From the NCBI RefSeq assembly GCF_009914755.1, contig NC_060940.1: a stretch of DNA of 64,000 nt; one strand, given 5' to 3'. Under the pieces are notes generated by a model. The model was given only the letters and a program-made list of their open reading frames with translations. It searched no databases and was not told where the DNA came from. The DNA comes from the human T2T-CHM13v2.0 reference genome, Homo sapiens. Positions 24,131-37,276 of this stretch are shown here, one piece after another. Positions within the stretch are counted from its first letter, which is position 1, and each line of letters opens with the position of its first letter. Position numbers and translations under genes: made by a program.

Positions 24131-25164
24131 TCAAACTGTAGATTAGAGCTGTGTTCCCCATATGAAAGAATAAAATAGTATTGATTGAGCTTTGAGTATG
24201 TGTCAAACACTGGTGTTTTCATAAACGTCAACTTTATAAACTTTTGAAGAAAGGTCAAAACCAAACTGGCTAAGTAATCAGAAAAATTAGGGTGCCATGT
24301 ATTCATGCCATTGAATTCAGATGTAAGTGTATTTAACATATCAAGGGAAAAAATAAAATGATGATTGATTCATCTCTAACAAAACACTCCTCTCTTTAAA
24401 GACTCAATTCTTCTTTTCTAGAATGTGGATATAGGACTTAATGACCTAAAAGCTTCCTTCCAGCTTTACAATTTTACAGTTCTATGATAAATCAATTGGT
24501 TCAGCAAAATGCAGTGGATCAGCTAGGATTCTATTTGGCAGCAACTGAGAGAGTCTGAAAAAAAAAAGTGGTTTAAAAAAAGATCAGAGTTTATCTCCTT
24601 CATGTAAAGATTGAGAGGAAGGCCATCCAAGGCTGGTATGGTGGTTTTCTTTCACAAAATCTTCCGGGATCCAAGCTCCTTCTGGCAAATGGCATCTCCA
24701 TCATGATCCAAGATGGGGGAAAATATGGGTTTCTATCACACACCCTTGTTTGTAAGTAACAAATCTTTGAAAATGACCAACATCTTTGCCAAAAACTAAG
24801 TGCTATCTAAATAGTAGATCATAGCCCAAGGTAAAAGTGAGATATGAAAATTAAATTTCAGTTTTGTAAACAGGTCTCATGAGAAACAAATAATCAAAAA
24901 CTTACCAACCACAACCACTCTTTGTTATTTCCAAAGTAAGGCAAATTTATTGACTTATCTTGGTCCAACATTTTTACCTCATTAAGTTTCATATTCTTTG
25001 TCCCTAACATAAAGTAATAATACCTACCTTTCAAAATTTTTGTGAGAATAAGGATGAAATGAGGCAGATACATTTGTTATTATATATTTTGTTTTTATAA
25101 TATATATCATGTAGGTTTACTCTATGCAAATGATTATAAACGTATAAAGAAATTAGTTAAACTA

Positions 25165-25660
25165 GAGCCCTTTTGCTTATTTAGCAAGAGTAATCCAATT
25201 TAAGCAAGCTTAAGCTTTATAAAAGGGAAGCTAACTGACTATGATAATGATTTCAGGAACAGTTGGGATTCAGTTGTTCAAATGACGTTATCAGAGTTTT
25301 CTCTTTCTTCTCATCTTTGATCCACTTCACTTTCTATTGGTATAATTTTCATTCAGGTTCTTCTATTCTGGTGGCAAAGACAGCTCCAAGGGCAACCATC
25401 TTGACAATTCATCAATTCTAGCAGAAAGAAAGGGCCTCTGTTCTAATTCATCCTGGAAATATTATTAGCATCAGTCTCATTGGTTCTATTTGAGGCACAC
25501 ACTGAAGTCTGAACCAACCACTGACTCCCCTTTAGAGAGAATAACTTTATTGGCTATTTCCGATTTATCAAGCACTTTATGGTTTTGAGATTAGCTACCC
25601 ACTTCAGTGCTGGTTGCTGTGACCAGAAGAGATGCCAGACAGATAATGCAACAATTTGAA
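25165..25660 (-). mobile_element. MLT1K-type LTR
   Basis: ttcagg.acagttgg.attcag.tg.tcaaatgacgt.atcag...ggtggcaaaga...tctcattgg...ctgaaccaa.cactg. Confidence 0.65.
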
Positions 25661-25689
25661 CATAGAAATTAGTTTCTATGCCCTTTTAT

Positions 25690-25875
25690 AAATCACAGAC
25701 TTTTAGAGTCTGGAGAAACTACAGAGATAATCTATTTCTGCCCCTCATTTTATATATGATTAGGACTAAAAGGTTAAGTGATTTGCCCAATGATATAGAG
25801 CTGGTTAGTGAAAGATCCAGGGTGAAAACACGTTTCTCTTGACTCCAGTTCAGTGATTTTTCTCACTATACAACT
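25690..25875 (-). mobile_element. MIR/MIR3
   Basis: cccctcattttat...aggttaagtgatttgcccaa...cttgactccagttcagtg. Confidence 0.75.
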
Positions 25876-26149
25876 CTGGCTCTCTTTAAAGGATAACTAA
25901 TCATAAGCTGATTTGTGATAAAGCCAACCAATTGCTTTTCCCCTTCCATAAGCCATTGACACTTCTCTCAACTAATTTTCGTTGTTTGTGATTCAGCTTA
26001 TTACTTAGGCTGCAAAAAAATGGAACAGGAATTTAGTCTCATGAAAATCTGTGGTGCTTTATTGAAACTCTCAGCAACAATATATTTGGTATTCTCATTT
26101 TTATTTTCTAGAGCTGTGACTTAACAATTCCTCTGGAAAAAATGTATTA

Positions 26150-27110
26150 TTATTTGTTCATATGAGCATAAATTAAAATAATATTTTTCACTCCTAAAAA
26201 ATGCAAGTTTATTGAAGGAACATTAAAATAGAGGAAAATGGCATAACCTTCGTAACCCCACTGCTCAAGAAAAATGACCATTAATGTGTTGGTGTATAAT
26301 GATATTATATAATGAATCATATTACACATACTGTTCTGTAACTTACTTTTTAAAATAACTAGTAGCAAACATTTTGCAAGTCAATAATTATATCTACTAT
26401 AAATTAACTATAAGAAATTTATATCACCAATTTGAGTGGCTCGTTGTTTGAATTAACGCTTATTTATTTAAACTATTCTCATGTTGTAGGATATTTAGAT
26501 CATTTCCAGTTTTTTTCACCATAATGAACAATATGATGATGAGCGCATTATGTTTTTGGATTGTATTTCAGTTGGGATCACATATTGTAAGAAACAGAAG
26601 TCAATCATGACTAGCTTGAATCTGAAAGGGGATAAGAGGAATTTGTGGGAATGATTGATAAAGCTCACAAACTTACTTGGATCACAAATGGAATAACTAG
26701 ACATCAAAAAGGAGGTCCTGAAAATCCAATAGCAGAAATAATGGGAAGTCTGTTGATGCAACTACCATGCAGCTGTGTCCATTTCAACCATTTTCTGATT
26801 AAAGTCCAGGAAGAGGATCCACCAGGTTTATCTTGCATCCACATTCACCATTTGGCCAAGAGGACACATGGCATCTTTATTTAGAGTTCCATCAAAATAA
26901 GAAAAAGAAAAAGTCATGGCCAAAAAAATAATAATAATAATAAGGGCATCAATGAGAAAAACTGGGAATCCCTGCTAAACAACAAAAAACAACACCAGAA
27001 TACACTTATTCGGTTATTTCTTAGATTAAATTGCTAGAAATAAAAGTGATTAGTCAGGGAGATATAAACTCATTTTTAAAATCTAAATAATGCAAAAAAT
27101 TATTGGCAGC
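26150..27110 (-). mobile_element. L1ME fragments split by an old MLT1-type LTR (approx. 26560-27000)
   Basis: catactgttctgtaacttactttt...gatatttagat..tttccagttttt; ttatttcttagattaaatt.ctagaa. Confidence 0.55.
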
Positions 27111-27414
27111 TGAAGAACTAATAAAGAAAGCTATTGTTCATAATAGATTTATAGTAGGTTGTTATAAGAAATCCCAGGAGGTTTGTCTCACTCTGCTTTT
27201 CATATTATATTTTAGAGTTACCATAAAAGACAGAGGGAACATGGGAGGGATCTCATGCCAAAATTCTTCATTCTATGGTTTATGAAATATGTAGCTAGTG
27301 CCTTAAAGCAGGAAGTCAAAAATAGAGGAATGTGAGCACTTTTATTCTATTGCAGAAAAGAAAAAAAATTGAACCTTTTGTACACAGGTTCTTATGTTTA
27401 AATACAATTATATA

Positions 27415-27670
27415 AAAGTCAGGAAAGCATAGTGGTTAAGAACAAAGGCTTTGGGTCCAAACATACCTAGTTTGAGTTCAGGCTTTGCTACTTTCTAGCT
27501 TTTTTACTTAAAAAACTATTGATATATTTGAGATTCAGTTTTCTCATTGGTAAGATATGTCTAATATTAGAACCTAACCTTATAAGGGTATTATAAAGGT
27601 GAAATTAAATAATTCTTATAAAGACACTTAGGAGAAATGACTGGACTATAATGTGATCAGCTAATATCAA
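27415..27670 (+). mobile_element. MIR
   Basis: agcatagtggttaagaac..aggctttgg...tcagttttctcatt.gtaa. Confidence 0.8.
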
Positions 27671-27887
27671 TACTTAAAAAATAAAAAAAAAACGTTTTGA
27701 TTTATTACTGGTGGAGTGAAGTGGCTTCAGTCTTTCCTAAAAGAATGCAGAATTCTTTATCATTCCCCACCACTATCTGCAAACATAATTATGAAAGAAT
27801 GGCTGGAGGATCATACAACACTGTGGGATGGGCCTTTCCTAGTCCATCCTCTCCTGAAGGAAATTTTTAAGCCATCTCCTTCCTTAG

Positions 27888-28248
<361 letters not shown>

Positions 28249-28329
28249 TACTACTTCACTTTAAAATTACTTTTTATTTATTATTTAAAATATATCTTAC
28301 TATATGAATATATAAAAAATATGTGCAGT

Positions 28330-28745
28330 CTCTTAAACAAATGTTGTTGGGAAAACTAGATCTCCACATTCAAAGAATAAAGTTGGACCCTTATTTTACA
28401 CCACAGATTAAAAAAAAAACCCTCAAAATAGATTAAAGTCCTAAATGAAGACCCCAAACTATACAACTTTTAGAAGAAAACATAGGGGAAAATCTTCATG
28501 ACATTGGATTTGGGAATGACTTTTTGTATATGATACCAAAAGCACAGGCAAGAAAAGTAAAAATAGAAAAATGCATCTACATCAAACTTAAAAACTTTCA
28601 TGCATCACATTCTACAATCAACAGCATGAAAAGGCAACCTACGCCGGGAGAAGGGTATTTGCAGATCATATATCTCATAATGGACTAATATCCAGAGTAT
28701 ATAAACAACTCCTACAACCTAACAACAAAAAGTCAAATAACTTTA
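28330..28745 (+). mobile_element. L1MA/MB ORF2 fragment
   Basis: agttggacccttat...tagaagaaaacataggggaaaatcttcatgacattggatt. Confidence 0.85.
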
Positions 28746-29647
28746 AGGTGACCACCTATAGCTTCAACTAATGGTCATCTGTACTTCTTTCACTTTGAAA
28801 AATGAGTGACTCCACATCCCCTCCCATGGCCTAAGCCTCTTCCAACCTGCTTCCAAAATATGGTTGAATCTTCATGTACCAAGTGGCTAAATTGTTCGAG
28901 TGGTTTCTTAACTGTTAACTCTATAATGAGCCTTTGTGTATGTATATTTGTGTATATATGGATTTGTATGTATGTGAATACGTATATATTTGTGTAATGT
29001 TTGCCCATGTTCCAGTATCCACCATGATGTGGTAGGAATTACAGATGATAAGGCTGTTAGCGAATTACTCAGAATGGCTCTGCTGATTACAAACCATTTT
29101 GCTTCAGGATGGAGTACTGACCTACACATAACACTTAGGGCCTAGATGTTACTTAAAATTATGGCCCATTTGGATAAAATATCTCAAATGACAACGTGAT
29201 CTTAGAGCAGCAGGCAAGAGTGCAATTGTGATCTGTGAATCTGAGAGGACGCTTCGGCTTTATTTATGTAGTTGGTTAGAGACATCAGATTTTAAAAAAT
29301 CGCCAAGCTGGAAGCAGTGTCTTAATTGCACTTAATTGTCATAAAGGAGCTCAAATAAGAGAGGTTGTCAGGATTAAGAGTGGCATTCAACCAAAAGTCT
29401 ATTTGACCAAGAAGGCCTTAATTACTGTGATTTACTCTAAAGTTGCCTGTATCTGCAAGTCAAACTCCTTTATTTCCTCAATTCTGCACAGAATAATATA
29501 AACCATCCTTTCTGTAGGACTTCCAATTAATGACCAGCTATATTGGTAGTAGAATATATATGTGGAAACATAAAGCTGGCATAGGATTCCTACCATTGAT
29601 TGAGCCTGGTTCACAGTCCCCTCACCTCTTCCCTGGCCATTTGCTCC

Positions 29648-29984
29648 TATTTTTTTTTTTGTTTGTTTTTTGTTTTTTGTTTTTTTTTTATTGAGACAGA
29701 GTCTCGCTCTGTTGCCCAGGCTGGAGTGTGGTGGCACGATCTTGGCTCACTGCAACCTCCACCTCCTGGGTTCAAGCAATTTCAAGCAATTCTCCTACCT
29801 CAGCCTCCTGAGTAGCTGGGATTACAGGCACCCACCACAACGCCTGGCTAATTTTTGTATTTTTAGTAGAGACAGGTTTTCACCATGTTGGCCAGGCTGG
29901 TCTCAAACTCCTGACCTCAAGTGATTCACCCGCCTCGGCCTCCCAAAGTGCTGGGATTACACAGGTGAGCCACCGCGCCTGGCC
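29648..29984 (-). mobile_element. AluSx
   Basis: Full dimer, T-rich tail, internal 10-bp tandem duplication ttcaagcaat x2 (29771-29790). Confidence 0.95.
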
Positions 29985-30004
29985 TGCTACTCTTTTATTA
30001 GGCT

Positions 30005-30270
30005 TAATCTGAAAGCTGTTTCCCCATGGAAGGCTTTTATGAGTCCCTTGGTCAGGCAGATTCACTTGTTTTATGGTGTCTTGGTATCATATATTTGTCC
30101 TAACATAACCCTTCTCTTCTTTGAAATTGCTAGATTATCGTTTGTCTTTCCTTTGCGAATAGCAGACAGCAAGTCTGTCTTGGGCTCTACTGTATCCCCA
30201 GGGTCTAGATCAGTGAATGGAACCGAGTATTTGCTGGATTAATGGGTGTTGAGTGACAGAATGAGTAAAT
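30005..30270 (+). mobile_element. L2 3' fragment
   Basis: ggaaggcttt...actgtatccccagggtctag...tatttgctggattaatg. Confidence 0.6.
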
Positions 30271-30544
30271 GAGTGACTGAAGGGTCAGGACTAAATGTAG
30301 AAATGGAGTCTCCTGATTTCCAGGTTCAAGACACTCTTTTCCATCCACTGGGCTTATTTTAAGACTCCAGGCTCTTCTAAGGGAGTCCCAGAAGATGCCA
30401 TCATTCCTCCCCATGCTTGTGCCTTTCACAAAGCATTTCTAGGTAAATTTCCCAAATGTTCATTGCCTACATTGGGCCATGTCCTATGCTTGGATTGAGG
30501 AACAAGGGGTGTAAACACCACTCTTGAAGTGCTTTTTGTTTAAT

Positions 30545-30785
30545 AGAGGTAGAATACAAGTTCTAGAGCCAGGCTGCTTGGATTTAAAGTTCAACTCTTT
30601 CATTTCCCAGCAATAAGACCTTGAGGAAGCTATTTAATTTCTCTCTGCCTCAGTTTTCTTATCAGATAATAGCAGAATCTATCTCATAGTGTTACCATAA
30701 AGATTAAACAGTCAATAATTGCACAACACTTAGAATAATGCCTAGCTCATAGTGAACACTAAGCATTAACTGTTATTATTATTTT
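30545..30785 (+). mobile_element. MIR
   Basis: tctagagccaggctgc.tggatttaaa...ctctctgcctcagtttt...cacttagaa.aatgcct. Confidence 0.85.
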
Positions 30786-31408
30786 TGCAAGTAGGTTTTG
30801 GATAGAAGTTTAATTCTGGGGAAAAAATACCTTTTCTCTAGCACCATTTTCTTACCTTTTTATGGGTAGTCAAATAAAAAAAGAACCACTGTATTTTCTT
30901 GTCATACTGTCTCCCTACTTGCTGGCTGTGTGAACTTGGGCATATTCTTTATTTTCTCTAAGCCTCACTGTCCCCACCAGCAATATGCGACCAGTAATAA
31001 TATCTCCCTCCTAGGCTGTTTTAAGAGCTAAAACAGAAAGTAAAACACCCAATACTTCCTGGTCCATGATAAGAGCTACTGAGCTGTCCACAGGAGCAGT
31101 ACCTAAGAAACAGGGATATGTCCCAATTGCTGGAAAAACTGGGCCACCATCAGTCCTTTGTCCACGAAGTAGCCTTCTCTAGAAAACCAGTGACTTTCTT
31201 GATGTCACAAAGACGTACCTCTAACTTCAGCACTAACGCTTGATAGGCAACAAGGCTTAGTTGCTTTCCTGTCCATCCAACTTTTCAATGGATTTTAAAT
31301 TAGTTGAGCATCTTACTGTTTCTCAAGGCAATTCACTAGGTGTTACGGAGGAGACAGTAATGAATCTGACTTCCCTCCTTCAAGTCAATTAGAAAGTATA
31401 AGGAATTC

Positions 31409-31723
31409 TTGCGATAGTTTACTGAGAATGATGATTTCCAATTTCATCCATGTCCCTACAAAAACCAAACACTGCATATTCTCACTCATAGGTGGGAATT
31501 GAACAATGAGATCACATGGACACAGGAAGGGGAATATCACACTCTGGGGACTGTGGTGGGGTGGGGGGAGGGGGGAGGGATAGCATTGGGAGATATACCT
31601 AATGCTAGATGACGAGTTAGTGGGTGCAGCGCACCAGCATGGCACATGTATACATATGTAACTAACCTGCACAATGTGCACATGTACCCTAAAACTTAAA
31701 GTATAATTAAAAAAAAAAAAGAA
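31409..31723 (+). mobile_element. L1PA2 (GAG-type), 5'-truncated with 5' inversion
   Basis: Near-consensus 3'UTR (gctagatgacGAGttagtggg); inverted 31409-31462; perfect 18-bp TSD agaaagtataaggaattc 31391-31408 / 31724-31741. Confidence 0.95.
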
Positions 31724-31828
31724 AGAAAGTATAAGGAATTCACAAATAGATCAAAGGTCAAAAGAGAGTAAAAACAGAAAACATGCTTTGTAGACATCTT
31801 ATATAAATAGTATCATACAATATGAACT

Positions 31829-31876
31829 CCTCTCTCTCTCTCTCTCATTCGTGTGTGTGTGTGTGTGTGTGTGTGT
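31829..31876. repeat. (CT)n and (GT)n compound microsatellite within an antisense L1ME fragment (approx. 31780-31990)
   Basis: ctctctctctctctctc attc gtgtgtgtgtgtgtgtgtgtgtgtgt. Confidence 0.9.
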
Positions 31877-31994
31877 CTAGCTTCTTTCACTTCACATTTT
31901 ATTTTCATGGTTTATCTATGCCATAGAATGTATTGGTATTGTCTCCATTTTTATTCCTGAATAGTCTTTTGTTGTTTGGATACGCCATGGGTCT

Positions 31995-32170
31995 GGGAGT
32001 GGGGATGGGAATTCACTGTAACCAGGCATAAAGAATATTATTGGGGTGATGAAAGTGTTCTAGAACTGGATTATGGTAATGGTTGCACAACTCTTATTCA
32101 AAATCATTAAATTATATACTTAAAACGGATCCATTTTATGGTAGATAAATGATACCTCAATAAAACCATT
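31995..32170 (+). mobile_element. L1MB/ME 3' end
   Basis: ttggggtgatgaaagtgttctagaactggattatggtaatggttgcacaactc...tacctcaataaa. Confidence 0.8.
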
Positions 32171-32519
32171 AATCAAATATTAATTGCAAATAGAACTGAG
32201 AGTGGAGAAATCATTTCTGGTTTTGGACATTAGGAAAGGCTTCCTGGAGGAGGTGGCATACATGATGGACTTGATAAGTTGAACTGGCCCAAACGCTAAT
32301 AGTGTCCAGAATTGCCTGCTATGAGCCCTTCATAAGACATCTCACTTAATTCTCAGAACAACTGCATTGTACAGATGAGGTAACCTGGAAGCAGATGTTG
32401 AGTGGCCAACGTAAAGCTACGCAAGTAACATGTAATGGAACTGAGCCTGCAGCTCATATCCCTTCAGCATCAAAGCCCAGGCCTATAACCACTCTAGAAT
32501 CCCACCTCTGGTCACTGCT

Positions 32520-33000
32520 CTTAAATCTCTGCAAATACGGGGATGCAGTGGTTTTTTTGGAGCAATCTGTCATAATCTTGTTTGCCCAAAGACGGCCTAA
32601 TTTGCCACTATCTAACCAAATTCAAACCTTATGGCAAGGTAACGTAATAAAACCACCCTTCTAATAACGCACCTGCTTAAGGCAAATGAATTGCTCAGAT
32701 ATAAAATTAGAATTGCGCTCTCAAAGTGCACGAGACCTGGAGGATACATTGTGCTTTAACATTGATTTCAATTACGTCTTAACCTTCAGCATGATGATGT
32801 GACATTATACTCTTCTCTCACTGACTGCTGCTGTACACTTTCTTTTATTTCTCTTGTTAAATATGAGCTTTGCCGTGTTCCATCGATCTCTGCAAATATT
32901 CTGCTGTTTACAACTTTGATAATCTTTGTGTAATCTGTAGGAGTAATTGGATTCCTGCAAATGTGCCTGAATTTTCAACAGCACTGAGATGGGGAAAAAT
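32520..33000. promoter_or_regulatory. Candidate conserved non-coding element
   Basis: Repeat-free, about 9 retained CpGs in about 370 bp, GTAATAAAA (HOX13/CDX-like) near 32644, TAATT cores. Confidence 0.4.
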
Positions 33001-33282
33001 GGGGAACCCGACACAATGGAAGAATCCCAGGTTCAGAAACCACTTTTGTTCTCTAGTTAAAGTTGACCTTTTCTCTCAGGTTTGAAAGGTTATGTCCTAA
33101 TAAGTTTGGATGCTGTAACAGAAAGGATGTGGTTTCTTTAAATGAAGCAAGGCTGTAAAAGTCACTGCTCTGTGGCCCCTTAGATTCTATTACTGCTGTG
33201 GCTGGTTATTATTTTATTCAATAAAATAAGGATGAAGGGGTTCTCATGTGTTAAAAAACATCACTCTCTTCTGGCAAACAGA

Positions 33283-33332
33283 CACACACACACACTCACA
33301 CACACACACACACACACACATGCACGCACACA
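33283..33332. repeat. (CA)n microsatellite, interrupted
   Basis: acacacacacacactcacacacacacacacacacacatgcacgcacaca. Confidence 0.95.
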
Positions 33333-33505
33333 AAACCTTTGAGTCCTTAGTTTTGTTACTTTTTGTGCCATTAGCCCTTCCTAGGGCTCTTTTCCATCAA
33401 CAAAAGGAACATGGAAGGGAAAGTGGCCAGTGCTGGTTTCTTACCTTTTAAAAAAATTCTTCTTTTTTTAATTTTTAATTTTTATCAGTACATAGTAGGT
33501 GTGTA

Positions 33506-33710
33506 CTGGTTTCTGATCTTGACTCTGCTACTTGCTAGCTGGGTGACCTTGGGCAAAGTAACCTCTCTATGCTTTACTCCCCTGTATTTAAAATAGGAAA
33601 TAATAACAATATTTACATTATAGGGTTGTTAGGAGGATACATTAGTTAATTTTTCAAATGCTTAGACCATCGGCATAGAGCAAGCATGACAAATTTTTTA
33701 GCTAAATGGA
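33506..33710 (+). mobile_element. MIR
   Basis: ctctgctacttgctagctgggtgaccttgggcaa...agggttgttaggagga. Confidence 0.85.
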
Positions 33711-35514
33711 ATTAAAGGGGAAAAATGTCATATGGATGCTATTTTGCTAGAGTTTAGTTTATGGTGGGGCTTGGTACTTTTATATCAGGCTCAGAAAAGC
33801 ACCTTTAAAAGAAGGGAGCCACATCAAGGAGGGTGACCTCAGGGCCTGTGAGACAGAGAGGTGACGGTGTAGAAGAGATCACATGTGACAGCATTCCCAC
33901 AGCCTGGCCTCCACCTGCAACAACCAGCACTGTCCATCATCACTGTCCCATTACCAATGAATTATTTTTACTCTTTTTAAATAAGTGAAGTATTAGCTTT
34001 GATGTTTTCTGATCATGACAATATTTTTAGATAAGAACATTTTAAACATTCCAACAGTAAGAGACTATTGAAAATAAATGAAATTCATTGAATAGAAGTA
34101 ATTAAAATAATAATGTAACTCTTTAAGCATTGCAATGGAAAGATGTTAATGATATATTGTTATGAGCTCATTATTGGGAAAAATGTATTTAGGAGTAAGT
34201 ATGGATGGTTATATGATGATTTGGCATTTTATTTGGGTTGTAAAATAGTGGCTGATTTTTTTTTTCATTTCTTTATTTTTACCCTTTTTTTGGTAAATTT
34301 CTTTATTGTTTGTCCGATTCTTCTCAATTCATGTAAAAGCTCATGCATCGTTTAAATTTATGCCAGCTGTTGTACCATCTTGTCCAACCCCCCACCTCAT
34401 TGCTATCTGACCTTTAGGCATTCTCTATGATGAATAAAGACTTCGGCATGTGGTCTTCAACTTCACCCCAATTACTACCACTTTTTCTGGGACTTCAATA
34501 TGCAAAGGTGGCTCAAGCCAGCATCCTGTCCTCACAAGACCTTGACTTCCTTAGAGCCAAGGAGGAAGTCTTCTGTATCCCACCAACTCAGCCAGCCACA
34601 CCCACCCAGAACCACCCCCTGCATGGTCCCCATTAGAAGCTGCTCCTCTCTGGAATCACTGATTCAAACACCTCAGGCTGACCACCCCCTTCTATCCCTC
34701 CAATTCTCTGTGGGATATATCTGTGTCTGTGTGTCACAGATACCTCCAACATACAATGACTGAAACTGAGAGGAGTCAGATGTACACCCATATATTTAAA
34801 CTTTAATCAAATTTGCTGATGTCAGAAGATTGGGGCTCCCTTTCCTGTGAGCAGTTTTGAGGTGGAAAGGAGCTGCAAAGACTCATGCCAAAGTACAGAC
34901 TCATGTGTCGATAATTCTTCATAGATCAGGGCATTTTATTAACTGCAAGACAAGTACATTCTTAAATAGGTGGCTGAGCTTGGGTTTTTTGTACACTACC
35001 ATAAACACATGTATTAGAGTGATGAGCCTCTAGTTGTTGTGGCTGAGTCTTGTTGCTTCAGATGTAAGTGGTCAGATACGCAAGAATGGCAGCAAGGACA
35101 CCACATGTGGACACCACAATTGTCTTTTGAACCAGTTATAACATCTATCCATTCTCTCATGAGTTGAATGGAATATTTTAAGACATGTTTGTTTTATATC
35201 TGTATGCCTGGCATGATTTTAACTTGTTTTAAGATATCCTTTACTTCTTTTAGATTTCACAACATGCTCAATGGATTTACCTACCATAGATAGGTAAACA
35301 CTGTTGACAGAGAAGAGTACCTCATGCATGCTTCAAACCCAGGAGTGTTTTTTGTTTTTTTTTTGTTTGTTTTTGACTCCTCTTAATTGAATCCAAAACA
35401 CCAACAGAACTTTGTTGATGTTTCGTTTTTCTATATTTAATTTTCCTCTCAAATAAATTTATATTATTGTTTTGTTTTTGGTATATTTACAGCAGATAAA
35501 TTATTCCCAATTTT

Positions 35515-36310
35515 TGGCAGCAGTGGGTGGGAATTTATTTTTATGGTCTGATCATTGGCAATCTTTGGAACTAGATTAATGGTTTATAGAAATCTAGTCT
35601 ATATTGGGTGAGAGACACAAAGAACTGGTTTGTCATTTTTGAGGTCTTTTTAGTTCAAGTCAATTAAGAATTTCATGCCTTCCAGGAGTAGAACAGCTCT
35701 TTCACGTGTGGGCCAGTGAGTTTTTCTCTTTCTGTGTTTACTCTTGATCTATGGATGAAGTTGTAGAATTGAAGATATAAGCTCTATTTCTCTGTACCTG
35801 TATGTCTATGTGTCTGAAATTCAGAAATGCCTTTACCTGTGATTGTGTGCGTAATGTTTTCCTGCCTCTGCATAGTATTAAAACATGGGCATATAAAATC
35901 TCTTAAAGGAGCTGTTTTTATTGGCGTATATGTGCTTTTATAAATCTAATATTTTTAAAATTACATGAAAATAAGGATATCATATTATGGATATTTTAAA
36001 TATGCTAGATTTTAAAATCATCTTCCACAAAACTATTTTAATGATTCAAATTCACATAATTTAGGTAAATCTTTGGCAAACAAGACAAGATTAATCTTTA
36101 CTGTTTAATTAAAACAACGATTTCTTCTTTGATCTATCAATATTGAATATATTACAAATGCACCTTTAAAACAATTGGGTATATTTTTCCTAAACTTATA
36201 CGTGTACACTGATTACATAGATTAGTATTACTTCTAGGTATTGTTTAACATTATGAAAAACGTAAATGTAGGTTTAACCAAATTGAATCATTTTTCTGAT
36301 GAACTTATAT
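35515..36310 (+). mobile_element. ERV1 MER4-group internal fragment (MER31/MER34/LOR1-int-like) with degenerate tRNA-Leu-like PBS
   Basis: tggcagcagtgggtgggaat at 35515; aaaatctcttaaaggag...ttcaaattcacat.atttaggtaaatctttgg.aaa.aagac. Confidence 0.6.
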
Positions 36311-36329
36311 GTCCATAGTAACAAGGGTT

Positions 36330-37140
36330 TTGCTTCAGATTTTGAGACTCTGTTGCTAGGTGCATATATGTTTATAATTCTCATATATTCTGGATGGATT
36401 GACACTTTTATTAATTTATAAGATTCTTCTTTGTCCTTAAAACAATTTTTGAATTGATGCCTGTTTTGTGTGATGTTAGTATAGCCACCCCAGGTATCTT
36501 TTCTTTGCCATATGAATGGAATATATTTTTCCATTATCTCACTTTCAACATATTTGTGTCTTTGAAACTAAAGTAAGTCTCTTGCATAGACATCATATAG
36601 TAAGACTGTTTTTAAGAAAAAAATCATTCTTCCAATTAATGCCTTTTAATTAAATATTTTAATCCATGGTATTAAATATAGTTAGTGATAAGAAAGGACT
36701 TATCTTTGTGATGTTAAAATGTGTTTTCTTTAGGTCTTATATCTTTTTCCCCTTAATTCCTTTATTTATACCTTATTTTGTGATTAACTGATTTTTTACT
36801 AGTAAACCATTTTGATTCCCTTTTCATTTATTTTCCTTCTCATTTATTTTAGGTTTTCTCCCTGTTAGTGGTTACATGGGGGATTACAATTAACATCTAT
36901 ATTTTATAACAATCAAGTTTGAATTAATACTAACTTACTCTCAATAGTATACAAAAAAATACTCTTTTACAAACTGTACTCTCCCTAAGTTGTTATTATC
37001 AAAAATACAACTTAATAGATTGTGTGCCAATGAACATATGTTTATAGTTATTGTTTCAAGTATTTGTCTTTTAAATTATACAGGAAAAACTCATTTTTCT
37101 TACTTGTATACCTTAGTCTACTACTTTTAATTATCTTTAG
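36330..37140 (-). mobile_element. Old L1M fragment (ORF2 endonuclease / inter-ORF region)
   Basis: ctctgttgctaggtgcatata.gtttataatt...gttagtatagccacccc; ORF 36274-36534 resembles decayed EN domain (IINIYAPS). Confidence 0.8.
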
Positions 37141-37276
37141 TAGAATCAACAGATAATCAAAAGATAATCAAACGTTTAAAAATTCTAGTCTTCGAAAACA
37201 TTGTGAATAGAGTGAAAAAAGCAGCTACAGAGTAGAAGAAAATATTTGTAGATGATTTATCTGATAAAAAATTCAA

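Noticed and set aside
31545-31580. G-quadruplex-forming G-tract
   Set aside because: Standard, well-described L1 3'UTR feature
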